Of a stretch of DNA of 64,000 bases, positions 42,625 through 52,254 are shown in pieces (the first letter of the stretch is position 1; every line of letters begins with the position of its first letter). Both the position numbers and the translations under genes were made by a program. Source of the stretch: Candidatus Pelagibacter sp. (lineage in GTDB: Bacteria > Pseudomonadota > Alphaproteobacteria > Pelagibacterales > Pelagibacteraceae); NCBI GenBank assembly GCA_002692055.1, contig NZJW01000015.1, positions 27,089-91,088 on the forward strand, in the 5' to 3' direction. Under the pieces are notes generated by a model, which made no database searches, was not told where the DNA came from, and saw only the letters and a list, made by a program, of their open reading frames with translations.

Positions 42625-43298
42625 AAGCTAATGTCATTGTTTTTCCAGGTTCAAATTGTGATAGGGACATAAAGGTTGCATTAGAAAAATTTCAATTAAA
42701 AACGAAAATGATTTGGCATCAAGATAAGGAAATGCCAAAGTCTGATTTGGTTGTTTTACCTGGAGGTTTTTCTTACGGGGATTACCTAAGATGTGGATGT
42801 ATGGCATCAAAATCTAATATAATGTGCGAGGTAATTAAGCATGCAAATAAAGGTGGTTTTATAATAGGAACTTGTAATGGATTTCAAATTTTAACTGAGA
42901 CTGGATTATTGCCAGGTGTATTGCTCAGAAATAAAAAGTTAAAATTTATTTGTAAGTATGTAAATTTATTAGTTGAAAATAACTCAACGCCATTTACCTC
43001 AAAATACAAAAAAAACCAGAAAATCAAAATTCCAATTGCACATAATGAAGGAAATTATTTTGCAGGTGAAAAAACTTTGGATGAATTAGAACAAAATGAC
43101 CAAATCGTACTTAAATATTGCGATGAAAACTCAATAGTAAATAATGAAAGTAATCCAAATGGTTCATGTTTGAATATTGCGGGAATTGTAAACAAAAAAA
43201 AAAATATAATAGGAATGATGCCACACCCAGAAAGATGTGTAGAAAGTATTTTGGGTGGAACGGATGGTTCGGGTATTTTTCAATCTTTGATCAATTAA
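42621..43298 (+). CDS. purQ: FGAM synthase glutaminase subunit PurQ
   Basis: [25 protein letters not shown] and GMMPHPER motifs. Confidence 0.97.
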   Translation: MKANVIVFPGSNCDRDIKVALEKFQLKTKMIWHQDKEMPKSDLVVLPGGFSYGDYLRCGCMASKSNIMCEVIKHANKGGFIIGTCNGFQILTETGLLPGVLLRNKKLKFICKYVNLLVENNSTPFTSKYKKNQKIKIPIAHNEGNYFAGEKTLDELEQNDQIVLKYCDENSIVNNESNPNGSCLNIAGIVNKKKNIIGMMPHPERCVESILGGTDGSGIFQSLIN

Positions 43299-45487
43299 TG
43301 AGTAATGTTAATTTAGATTCAGCAATACAACATGGCTTAACCAAAGATGAATATGAAAAAATTTTAGAGCTCATAGGACGAAAACCAAATATTACTGAAC
43401 TTGGTATTTTCTCAGCAATGTGGAATGAGCATTGTTCTTATAAATCCTCACGAGCATGGCTGGGGGTATTACCAACAAAAAATAATAGAGTTATTCAAGG
43501 CCCTGGGGAAAACGCAGGAGTAATTGATATTGATGATGGAGATGTCGCGATCTTTAAAATTGAGAGCCATAATCATCCTTCATATATCGAACCATATCAA
43601 GGAGCAGCCACAGGAGTTGGTGGAATATTAAGGGATATATTTACAATGGGGGCTAGGCCTATAGCAAATTTAAATGCAATTCGTTTTGGTTCTCCTGATC
43701 ATCCGAAAACAAAATATCTGCTTAACGGTGTAGTTGCAGGAATTGCTGGCTATGGAAATTGCATAGGTGTACCTACAGTTGGTGGTGAAGTTGAATTTGA
43801 TAGTTGTTATGACGGTAATATATTAGTTAATGCAATGAGTATTGGATTGGCAAAAAAAGATAAGGTGTTTTACTCTATTGCAAGCGGACTTGGAAACCCT
43901 GTTATTTACGTCGGGTCAAAAACTGGGAGGGATGGCATTCATGGAGCTTCAATGGCCTCCCAAGAATTTGATTCTAATGCAGAGTCTAAAAAACCAACCG
44001 TTCAAGTAGGTGATCCATTTGCAGAAAAACTATTATTAGAAGCTTGTTTAGAATTAATGAAAACTGGTACCATAGTTTCTATTCAAGATATGGGGGCCGC
44101 AGGATTAACGTCGTCATCTGTAGAAATGGCTTCAAAGGGAAATGTTGGTATTGAATTAAATTTAAATAAAGTTCCCTGTCGTGAAACAAGTATGACACCT
44201 TATGAAATGATGCTTTCAGAAAGTCAGGAAAGGATGTTGATTGTATTAAAAAATGGAAAAGAAAAAGAAGCTGAAAAAATTTTCAAAAAATGGGATTTAG
44301 ATTTTTCTATAATAGGTTTTTTAACTGACTCAAAAAAACTGACTTTGAAATTTCAAAATAAAACAGTTTGTGAGATACCAATTTCGGCATTAGCCGATGA
44401 AGCACCAAAATATAGGAGAGATTGGATAGAAATAAATAAACCAAAGCATATTGATATAGAAAAAAAATTAATTGATTTAAATTTAGAACAAACTATTAAA
44501 AACTTATTATCCCACCCAAATCAAGCAGACAAAAGTTGGATATGGCAACAATATGATCATATGGTAATGTGTGATACTGCTCAATTTCCTGGTAGTGATG
44601 CAGCGGTAGTAAGAATTCATGGTAATAGTAAAAAAGCAATCGCAGCATCGATAGATTGTTCACCAAGATATTGTAGGGCTCATCCATATACAGGTGGGAT
44701 GCAGGCAGTATGTGAAACTTATAGAAATCTTTGCTCTGTGGGAGCAGAACCAATTGCTATTACAAATTGCTTAAATTTTGGAAATCCTGAAAAGCCTGAA
44801 ATCATGGGCCAGTTTGTTGGTGTGATTAAAGGTATAGCAGAAGCTTGTAAAAAACTAAATTATCCAGTGATATCTGGAAACGTATCACTTTATAACGAAA
44901 CTAATGGCATCGGAATTAACCCAACGCCGACAATTGGTGGGGTTGGTCTGGTCAAAGATGTTTCTAAAATAAAAAATTTAAAATTTAAAAATGAAGGTAA
45001 TAATATTTATATCATAGGGAAAACATTAGGTCATTTGGAACAAAGTATTTTGTGTTATGACCTTTTACATTTAAAAAAAGGGCCACCGCCATCAATTGAT
45101 ATTGATAGTGAGTTAAAAAATGGTCTAGCAGTAAGATCTCTTATAGAAAAAGACTTAATTAACTCTTGTCATGATATTTCATCGGGTGGATTAATATTAT
45201 CTTTATTAGAAATGAGTATTTCATCAAAAATTGGTTTTACTTTAAATACAAATAAAAAAGGAACAGATAGAGTAAAATTTTTATTTGGCGAAGATCAATC
45301 TAGATATGTTATCGAGGTTAGTAATAAAAACAAAGATAATTTAGAAAATCATCTTAAAATTCTAGATGTCTTTTTTGAAAATATAGGCCATACGTCAAAA
45401 AAAATTAGTATAGATGATGACTTGAAATTTGATTTAAAGGAATTATCTAAAATTAATAAGGAATGGTTTATAAAATACAATAATTAA
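43298..45487 (+). CDS. purL: FGAM synthase subunit PurL
   Basis: [23 protein letters not shown] and SESQERM motifs. True start is ATG 43298 (TAATG overlap with the purQ stop). Confidence 0.97.
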   Translation: MSNVNLDSAIQHGLTKDEYEKILELIGRKPNITELGIFSAMWNEHCSYKSSRAWLGVLPTKNNRVIQGPGENAGVIDIDDGDVAIFKIESHNHPSYIEPYQGAATGVGGILRDIFTMGARPIANLNAIRFGSPDHPKTKYLLNGVVAGIAGYGNCIGVPTVGGEVEFDSCYDGNILVNAMSIGLAKKDKVFYSIASGLGNPVIYVGSKTGRDGIHGASMASQEFDSNAESKKPTVQVGDPFAEKLLLEACLELMKTGTIVSIQDMGAAGLTSSSVEMASKGNVGIELNLNKVPCRETSMTPYEMMLSESQERMLIVLKNGKEKEAEKIFKKWDLDFSIIGFLTDSKKLTLKFQNKTVCEIPISALADEAPKYRRDWIEINKPKHIDIEKKLIDLNLEQTIKNLLSHPNQADKSWIWQQYDHMVMCDTAQFPGSDAAVVRIHGNSKKAIAASIDCSPRYCRAHPYTGGMQAVCETYRNLCSVGAEPIAITNCLNFGNPEKPEIMGQFVGVIKGIAEACKKLNYPVISGNVSLYNETNGIGINPTPTIGGVGLVKDVSKIKNLKFKNEGNNIYIIGKTLGHLEQSILCYDLLHLKKGPPPSIDIDSELKNGLAVRSLIEKDLINSCHDISSGGLILSLLEMSISSKIGFTLNTNKKGTDRVKFLFGEDQSRYVIEVSNKNKDNLENHLKILDVFFENIGHTSKKISIDDDLKFDLKELSKINKEWFIKYNN

Positions 45488-45488
45488 T

Positions 45489-45719
45489 ATGGCAATTAAA
45501 CAAGAAGAAATTGAACAATTATTAAGAGAAGGCTTTCCAGAAGCAAATATTGAAATTAAAGATTTAGCAGGTGATGACAACCATTTTTCAGCAATTATAA
45601 AATCTTCGCAATTTAAAGGCAAAAATCGTATACAACAACATCAAATGGTTTATAAAGCTTTAAAAGGAAAAATGGGTAATGAGTTACACGCTTTGGAATT
45701 AATTACTGAGGAAAAATAA
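45489..45719 (+). CDS. bolA: BolA/IbaG family protein
   Basis: GD..HF, FKGKNRIQQHQMVY and LHAL motifs. Confidence 0.93.
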   Translation: MAIKQEEIEQLLREGFPEANIEIKDLAGDDNHFSAIIKSSQFKGKNRIQQHQMVYKALKGKMGNELHALELITEEK

Positions 45720-46052
45720 ATGACAGATATAAATGAGCATCTAAGTGAAATAATTAAGAATAATAAAGTTGTACTTTTCATGAAAGGTACTCCAGAAATG
45801 CCTCAATGCGGCTTTTCAATGGCAGTTTCGAATGTCTTAAAGCATCTGCAGGTACAATTTACTGGAATCAATGTTTTGGAAGATGAAAAGATTCGAAATG
45901 GTATAAAAGAATATAGTAATTGGCCTACAGTTCCGCAGTTATATGTTAATGAAGAATTTATTGGTGGTTGCGATATTATAAAAGAAATGTTTGAAAAAAA
46001 AGAACTTCAAAAACTATTTGAAGATAAAAAAATTAGTTTTCGAAATAACTAG
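45720..46052 (+). CDS. grxD: Monothiol glutaredoxin (Grx4 family)
   Basis: FMKGTP..PQCGFS, WPTVPQLY and GGCDI motifs. Confidence 0.96.
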   Translation: MTDINEHLSEIIKNNKVVLFMKGTPEMPQCGFSMAVSNVLKHLQVQFTGINVLEDEKIRNGIKEYSNWPTVPQLYVNEEFIGGCDIIKEMFEKKELQKLFEDKKISFRNN

Positions 46053-46145
46053 TCACACATAAAGTTTAAGTTTCATCGTTCATTTACAATACTGCAATAC
46101 TATATTTGCATAGTACGTGTTATTAATATTTGATATCATAGTTAT

Positions 46146-46574
46146 ATGTCGATCTTACTTAAATCTCACGCTTCGCAAAAATTAAAGTCTAAAAGTAATA
46201 TTTCTGAGGAATTTTTACCAGATAAAAAAAAGATTGATATAAAGACTTTTAGCTCAAAGGTATTGACTGACTTATATAAATTTTCATTATCAAAAAACAA
46301 ACTAATAAGGTTTTTTTTTAGTTCCAGACTCCATTTGATTTTAATTCTAGAAATTGTAAATGCAAAAAATAATGAAAATAGTTTTGAGTATTTATGTGAA
46401 AAAATTGATAAACAATTAGGAAAAAGGACTACTATTCAAAAAATATTAAACGATGCAATTAAAATAGGTTTGATTAGTAAGGTACCTAGTAAAAAAGATA
46501 AAAGAATTAAATATTTTAGTGCTACAAATGAATTTACCGACGCAATAGAAACTTGGATATTACAAAAAAATTAA
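46146..46574 (+). CDS. Putative winged-helix (MarR-like) DNA-binding protein
   Basis: RTTIQKILNDAIKIGLISK..S.KDKRIK resembles the MarR recognition helix plus the DxR wing. Confidence 0.65.
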   Translation: MSILLKSHASQKLKSKSNISEEFLPDKKKIDIKTFSSKVLTDLYKFSLSKNKLIRFFFSSRLHLILILEIVNAKNNENSFEYLCEKIDKQLGKRTTIQKILNDAIKIGLISKVPSKKDKRIKYFSATNEFTDAIETWILQKN

Positions 46575-47968
46575 TTTCCTGGTTTTATATCAGTTATTGC
46601 CAGTTTATTTTCTAATTGTTTTGCAAAACTGAAAATTTTATTTTCACAATTAATTTTTGAAATTATTTGCATCCCAACAGGTAAATTGTTTTTATCAAAT
46701 CCTACATTCATCGAAGCTGCAGGTTGACCTGTTAAATTAAAAGGATAAGTGTAGTATACCCAAGAAACAATATTTCTATCAGGGAATTGTTTTGGTACAC
46801 CTTGCCCTGCTTCAAAAGCAGTGCAAGGCAAAGTTGGAGTTACAAGTAAATCATATTTTTCAAATAGTAATCTCATTTTTTCTCTGAGAATATATCTATT
46901 AAAAACTGAATTGTAATAATTTTCCATTTTTTGACTAATTGCAATTTTTAAAACTTCTAAAATTGGAGGGTCTATTAACTCTGGTTTGCTCTCTATAACA
47001 GCTTTTAATTTTGTACCAACACCTGCATAAAATTCTGCATTCCATAATTCTACAGGATCTTCATCCATTATTTTTTCATTGTTCTCAACTTCGTGTCCTA
47101 ATTTTTCTATATACTTTACTGTATTGTTAAAAACTCTCAATACTTCTTGATCTGGATTTGCATATCCAAGAGTAGAACTTACTAAAATTTTTAATTTGCT
47201 ATCTTCTTTTGTTGCACCTATATAATCAGGAACATTTTGAGAAACCGAAAATGGATCTTTTCTATCATGACCTGAAATTACCTTCAAAACCATTGCTGCA
47301 TCCGTTACATTTCTACATAACGGCCCTACATGAGCAAGTGTTGGAGTTGCTGATACAGGATAAACAGGAACTCTTCCAAATTGTGCTTTAATACCAAATA
47401 ATCCTGTTAGTGACGCCGGAATTCTAACCGAACCACCGCCATCAGTCCCAATTGCAAATGGTAACATACCAGAAGCCACTTGTGCTGCAGCTCCGCAACT
47501 AGAACCTCCGGGTGTTTTTTCAAGATCCCAAGGATTACGCGTAATGCCCGTTAAAGGACTATCACCGACGGCTTTACAACCAAATTCACTAGTTGTAGAT
47601 TTTCCCAGTAACACGGCACCAGCATTTCTCAATCTTTCAACGGAAGGTGCGTCAATTTCAAGATTGGTTTTAGGCGTAGTTTTTGACCCAAATCTCTGTG
47701 GATGACCTTTTTGAGCAATTAGATCTTTTATTGAGGTTGGTATGCCATCAAGCTCAGATAATAAGCTACCTTTTAAAGCCCTTTCTTCAGAAGCTTTTGC
47801 CATTTGTTTTGCACTATCAATATCTAAAGATGCAAAAGTGTTCAGTTTTTTTTCAAGTGCATCAATTCTTGAGATAGAGTGATTTAACAATTCAACTGGC
47901 GATAATTCTTTAGATTTTATTAAAGTTGAAAGATCTAATACACTTTTAAAATCTAAAGAGTTTGCCAT
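46571..47968 (-). CDS. Amidase signature (AS) family amidase, substrate unknown
   Basis: Catalytic Lys (GIPTSIKD), GGSSCG and GTDGGGSVRIPA (Ser-cisSer-Lys triad). No gatB/gatC neighbours, so not called gatA. Confidence 0.92.
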   Translation of the reverse strand: MANSLDFKSVLDLSTLIKSKELSPVELLNHSISRIDALEKKLNTFASLDIDSAKQMAKASEERALKGSLLSELDGIPTSIKDLIAQKGHPQRFGSKTTPKTNLEIDAPSVERLRNAGAVLLGKSTTSEFGCKAVGDSPLTGITRNPWDLEKTPGGSSCGAAAQVASGMLPFAIGTDGGGSVRIPASLTGLFGIKAQFGRVPVYPVSATPTLAHVGPLCRNVTDAAMVLKVISGHDRKDPFSVSQNVPDYIGATKEDSKLKILVSSTLGYANPDQEVLRVFNNTVKYIEKLGHEVENNEKIMDEDPVELWNAEFYAGVGTKLKAVIESKPELIDPPILEVLKIAISQKMENYYNSVFNRYILREKMRLLFEKYDLLVTPTLPCTAFEAGQGVPKQFPDRNIVSWVYYTYPFNLTGQPAASMNVGFDKNNLPVGMQIISKINCENKIFSFAKQLENKLAITDIKPGN

Positions 47969-47980
47969 AAATTTAAACTT

Positions 47981-48684
47981 TTAATCGTTTAGAACGGCAA
48001 CAGCTCTAACTGGTGATCCAGAACCTTCTTTAAACTTAATAGGTAGACCGATAAATTCAAATTCACCTTTTCCAATCAAAGACTCTAAATTTACCAACCA
48101 TTCAAAATGACTAATACCCAAATCTCTACATAAACGGTGTTGAGCAAAAGTGTTTTCCGTAGGTTTGTCCGTGGATGGGCCTTCAACACCATGCATTTTT
48201 GAACCTTTGTCAAATAACCATTGTGTAGCTTCAGCCGTTAATTGTGGGTTACCCCAAACAATTTGCTTTCTATCACTGTAATTTCTTTTATGAAATCCTG
48301 TACAAAGAAGAACAATATGCCCATCAACTTTTACACCTGATTTAGTTTCAGCCTCTTCCATATCTTTGACTGAAATATCTTCAAGATCTTTAATATGTTG
48401 TAGATCGAAACAAACTGCTTTTCCCATGAATAAATCTAGTGGCATTTGATCAATTGGTTTTCCTTTAGGATTGACATGTCTGAATGCATCCACGTGTGTC
48501 CCAACATGATCTAACATTCCTATATAATTAGTCTGAAATGTCATTGGATCGTCTTTCGTACCCAAGCCAAAACTTAAAGTTGTCTCGTGTGTTAAAGCTG
48601 GTAAATACACAGGACTTTGAAAAAGTTTATGAGCAGGCATATTGTCTTCGACAGTTAAACTTAAATCTATAATTTTTTTGTCAT
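47981..48684 (-). CDS. Cyclase-family metal-dependent hydrolase (KynB/isatin hydrolase-like); apparent frameshift in A7 run near the start
   Basis: HVGTHVDAFRH motif, later His/Glu ligands (AQHRL, FEWL), GSPVRAVA. GGAG SD sits 6 nt before ATG 48684; the family IIDLS N-terminus is one base out of frame across T7 at 48673-48679. Confidence 0.9.
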
Positions 48685-48748
48685 AATTATCTCCAATTAA
48701 ATTTATCTACTAATGTATAAAAAAATAAAAAAAAAAAAAACTATTTAA

Positions 48749-48772
48749 TAATGTTACCAATTTTTAATTGTA
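48749..48772. promoter_or_regulatory. Putative operator, copy 1 (upstream of cyclase-amidase)
   Basis: TAATGTTACCAATTTTTAATTGTA; 20/24 identical to 52231-52254. Confidence 0.55.
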
Positions 48773-48786
48773 TTGTTGTAATGCAA

Positions 48787-49356
48787 TTATTTTTTATAAA
48801 GTTTTGCGTGTATCTCTTCAATCTCAACATTTCCGTTTAATTTAATCCAATAAAAAGATATTAAGTTTGATAGGATGCAAAGTGCTGACAAATCAATTTC
48901 TTCCATTACATTTCTAGCTTGACTGGCACAAATAATTTGACCAATAAATTTGTTACTTACTATTATTGGAGCATAGATGGCTGATCCAGCGCGAAAGGTT
49001 TTTAAAATTTTAACAAAAGATTTATGTTCATCTGTGTTTGTTAGTATTAACCGTTTTTTATTTTTTATAACCCATGAAGGATGGCCAATATTTGTGTCAA
49101 GTAACATATATTCTTGCTCTGGTGCATAATTTTGAGGGCCAATTAAAATTTGCTTGTCATCGTTAATCATTATAAATGATCCACACGCAAACAGATTTTT
49201 TTCACCTTTTTTTAAATTACCCTCGATCATAGCATTAGACCTATTTCCTAGATTATCATATGAAAACTTAGTAATTAACTTTATTACTTCTTCAAAAGAA
49301 ATTTGGTTTTCTAAATTTTTAGTTAGAGTCGCTATATTTTGAAAATAATTTCTCAT
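48787..49356 (-). CDS. Stand-alone GAF domain protein
   Basis: GAF-like pattern G..SWVIKNKK.LIL.NT...F....AGSAIYAPIIV..KFIGQI...S......ID; no output domain. Confidence 0.75.
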   Translation of the reverse strand: MRNYFQNIATLTKNLENQISFEEVIKLITKFSYDNLGNRSNAMIEGNLKKGEKNLFACGSFIMINDDKQILIGPQNYAPEQEYMLLDTNIGHPSWVIKNKKRLILTNTDEHKSFVKILKTFRAGSAIYAPIIVSNKFIGQIICASQARNVMEEIDLSALCILSNLISFYWIKLNGNVEIEEIHAKLYKK

Positions 49357-49358
49357 AA

Positions 49359-50636
49359 TTATAAAACTAAAATTGTACTTATAATTGGAAACAAAATAAG
49401 TATAAACAGAAAAAATAAAAATATTAAAACAAAAGGTAAAGCTCCTGTCATGATTTCTGATATTGGTCTTTTTACAATTCCGCCAATCACATATAAATTC
49501 ATACCAAGTGGCGGGGTTATTAAAGCAATTTCCATATTAACAATAAATATAATTGCAAACCAAATAGAGTTAATCCCAAGGCTTTCAACAATTGGAAATA
49601 AGACCGGTAAAACTATATAGATCACAGATATAACCTCTAAAATACATCCTAATATAAATAAAAGTACCATTATCATTATTACAAATGTAAACTGACTTAC
49701 GTCATACGATGATATTAATCCGACCAACTGGTCACTAATTTGTAACGTAGTTATGGCATGGCCTAAGACCATTGAACCAGCAATTAAAAGTAAAATCATA
49801 CATGTAGAATTAAGACTATTTTTAAAAATATCTATTATATTTGATAACTTCAAAGTTTTGTACCAAAAGAAGCCAATCATAAATGAAAAAAAGACACCAA
49901 CACCTGCTGCCTCAGTAGGGGTAAAAAAACCACCATATATACCACCGACAACAATTATCGGTAATATTAATGCTGGCAATGCTTTTTTAGTAGATTCTAA
50001 TCTGTCTACATAAGTTGCTTTAACAGTTTTGCGTCTAGTCTTATCAATAAATTTTTCTTTAAAAACAACGTACAAACATAATAAAGTTACTAATAATAAT
50101 CCTGGAATAATTCCAGATATAAATAGTTTGCCAATAGACTCTTCAGTAATAGATGCATAAAGTAACATTGGTATTGATGGTGGAATTAAAATTCCTAAAG
50201 TACCAGACGCAGCAATAAGTCCATATGTAAAACTTCTATTATAACCACGATTAATCATTGAAGGAGCGGCTACAATTGACATGCTCGCTGCATTGGCAAC
50301 TGAACTACCGGTGATGCTTGCGCCAATAGCACATGTAATAACTGTTGACACAGCTAAACCGCCTGGAATATGTCCAATCCATTTTGTTACAGCATCAAAT
50401 AAAATTTCAGTAACGTTAGCTGTTCTCAAAATTTCACTCATTAAAATGAACATCGGGATTGCAGTTAATAAAAAAGAACTATTTGATGCATAAATAGTTT
50501 GTGGCAAACTTATTAGAGCATTTTGCCCTTCAAATATAATTGAATAAGAAATTCCAACAATACCAAGGCCAATTCCTACAGGTACACCAGTTGCTATAAT
50601 TAAAATTATGCTTAAAAAAAGAAAAGTGACTATCAT
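49359..50636 (-). CDS. dctM: TRAP transporter large permease (system 1)
   Basis: LTAIPMFILM, GTLGILIPPSIP, FTPTEAA and ITPPLG motifs. Confidence 0.95.
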   Translation of the reverse strand: MIVTFLFLSIILIIATGVPVGIGLGIVGISYSIIFEGQNALISLPQTIYASNSSFLLTAIPMFILMSEILRTANVTEILFDAVTKWIGHIPGGLAVSTVITCAIGASITGSSVANAASMSIVAAPSMINRGYNRSFTYGLIAASGTLGILIPPSIPMLLYASITEESIGKLFISGIIPGLLLVTLLCLYVVFKEKFIDKTRRKTVKATYVDRLESTKKALPALILPIIVVGGIYGGFFTPTEAAGVGVFFSFMIGFFWYKTLKLSNIIDIFKNSLNSTCMILLLIAGSMVLGHAITTLQISDQLVGLISSYDVSQFTFVIMIMVLLFILGCILEVISVIYIVLPVLFPIVESLGINSIWFAIIFIVNMEIALITPPLGMNLYVIGGIVKRPISEIMTGALPFVLIFLFFLFILILFPIISTILVL

Positions 50637-50638
50637 TA

Positions 50639-51133
50639 TTAATTTTCTCTAATAAGTGAAATAGTTTTTATTAACCTAATAAAAAACTCTAAGGAAAGAG
50701 CGAAGAAACCAATTGGTACAGTAGCTTGTGGTATCCATAAAGGTGTTCTTAATTCACTTTCAGATACAACTCCTAAAACTATTGAAAAATTAATAAATTT
50801 AACACCATAATAACAAACAAAAATACAGAATATCATTGATATTAGGTTAGAAAATAATTTTAAATATAATTTTAATTTTTTAGTTAAAATATTAGTTAAT
50901 AAATTAATTTCTAAATGCTTATCTACCCTTAAAACATAAGCTGAACCTAAAAATGCAACACATGAAATCATATAAGTCACAATTTCAAGTGACCAAATTG
51001 TAGGTTTATTAAAAATCGATCTTGCGACTACTTCATATACTACTGAGAATGTAAGAATAAAAAATGCTAAGAGTGCAAGAACTTGTAAGAAAGAAGAAAG
51101 TCGAGACACTTGTTTATTAAAAAAATTAAACAT
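50639..51133 (-). CDS. dctQ: TRAP transporter small permease (system 1)
   Basis: 4 TM helices, EVVAR, W..E, H..I motifs; lies between dctP and dctM. Confidence 0.92.
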   Translation of the reverse strand: MFNFFNKQVSRLSSFLQVLALLAFFILTFSVVYEVVARSIFNKPTIWSLEIVTYMISCVAFLGSAYVLRVDKHLEINLLTNILTKKLKLYLKLFSNLISMIFCIFVCYYGVKFINFSIVLGVVSESELRTPLWIPQATVPIGFFALSLEFFIRLIKTISLIREN

Positions 51134-51151
51134 TTAAGAGTGTCTCGACTT
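51098..51151 (-). promoter_or_regulatory. Long mRNA hairpin enclosing the dctQ start codon
   Basis: Perfect 13-bp inverted repeat AAGTCGAGACACT (51098-51110) / AGTGTCTCGACTT (51139-51151), plus inner stem TGTTTA/TAAACA that includes the AUG. Confidence 0.7.
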
Positions 51152-51160
51152 AATTTGGTT

Positions 51161-52138
51161 TTACTTTAAAGAAGCTACCCAATTAAATAGATCTTTTTCT
51201 TTTTTATTTGCTTTTTTTAACCAACTTTGTTTGACGGGTTCTAATTTTTTAGCCCAAACCTCTTTTTGAGAAGAATTTAAAACTGTTACATTTATTTGTG
51301 ATTTTAGAAATGCCATGCTTTTTTTATCAGCTTCTGCAGCTTTAGAAACTGACCATTTCATTACTTCATTTGATGCATCTAATAACGCCTTCTGATGTTT
51401 TTTAGATAAGCTTTCGAATTTATCCAAATTCATATTTACCGCAAAAACCCCAAATCCTGCACCAGCTATTGTTGCGTGTTTACCAGTCTCCCATAATTTA
51501 CGTTTATGAATAGAGGTTAACCCAGTAATAGCCGCATCAATTGTTCCGTTTTGTAAGCTTAAATACATTTCACCTGGAGACATTGTCACTGGTGATCCGC
51601 CTAACGCCCTAATTCCTTCGGATGCCAATGCACTATAGGTTCTAATCTTTTTCCCTTTGAAATCAGATGGATTTACTATTTTTGATGGACTAGTTAAATC
51701 AAATAACGAACCATAGAAAATGACGCCTAAAGGCTTCATTTTTCTTTTTTCCATCACTTGAGTGTAGTATTTGAATAATTTTTCATTATTGTCCCATGCT
51801 TTTCCAGCTTGTTGAACGTTTTGAATTAAGAAAGGTACGTCATTTATCTCAGATATTGTGTCCTTAGTCCAAACACCAAATAAATTATATCCTATTTCAA
51901 GAGCTCCAGATACAACAGCTGATGGTACAGCTTTTGTCGAGTAAAGTTGTTTGGCTGGAAACACTTTTATTTCGATTTCTCCATTCGTTTTTTTTGCAAC
52001 TTTTTCAGCAAATAATTTTTGAGCCCCTGTTAAATGGTGGCCAACTGGTAATGATCCAGAGTATTTCATAACTATTTTCGCTGATGCAATATTACACGTC
52101 AATAAAGCAAAAATGATTACTGATAATATTTTTTTCAT
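51161..52138 (-). CDS. dctP: TRAP transporter substrate-binding protein (system 1)
   Basis: Signal peptide, FPA.QL, DFKGKKIR, LGGSPV.M and E.Y.SLQNGTIDA motifs. Confidence 0.93.
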   Translation of the reverse strand: MKKILSVIIFALLTCNIASAKIVMKYSGSLPVGHHLTGAQKLFAEKVAKKTNGEIEIKVFPAKQLYSTKAVPSAVVSGALEIGYNLFGVWTKDTISEINDVPFLIQNVQQAGKAWDNNEKLFKYYTQVMEKRKMKPLGVIFYGSLFDLTSPSKIVNPSDFKGKKIRTYSALASEGIRALGGSPVTMSPGEMYLSLQNGTIDAAITGLTSIHKRKLWETGKHATIAGAGFGVFAVNMNLDKFESLSKKHQKALLDASNEVMKWSVSKAAEADKKSMAFLKSQINVTVLNSSQKEVWAKKLEPVKQSWLKKANKKEKDLFNWVASLK

Positions 52139-52159
52139 AAATTTTCCTATCGTTGTTTA

Positions 52160-52179
52160 GAAGACGCTTGCGCATGTTC
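52160..52179 (-). promoter_or_regulatory. GNRA-tetraloop hairpin in the dctP1 5' UTR
   Basis: Minus strand GAA-C-AUGC-GCAA-GCGU-C-UUC, a GC-rich patch in an AT-rich spacer about 22 nt upstream of the ATG. Confidence 0.4.
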
Positions 52180-52230
52180 AATTATTTTTTTTAATTTTTT
52201 AGATTAATAAATTAAAAAATAAATATCTAT

Positions 52231-52254
52231 TAATGTTACCAAATTTTAGTTACA
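52231..52254. promoter_or_regulatory. Putative operator, copy 2 (divergent TRAP promoter region)
   Basis: TAATGTTACCAAATTTTAGTTACA; forms the imperfect inverted repeat AATGTTAC-N9-GTTACATT. Confidence 0.55.

Noticed and set aside
43166-43297. Cys-rich N-terminal extension of PurL
   Set aside because: Alternative-frame read of the purQ 3' end; the real start is at the TAATG overlap.
46093-46110. NtrC box
   Set aside because: TGCA-N10-TGCA has the wrong spacing and lacks the CACC/GGTG core; no sigma54 promoter seen.
46571-47968. Amidase as GatA
   Set aside because: No gatB/gatC neighbours; GTDGGGSVRIP rather than GSDTGGSIRQP; catabolic context.
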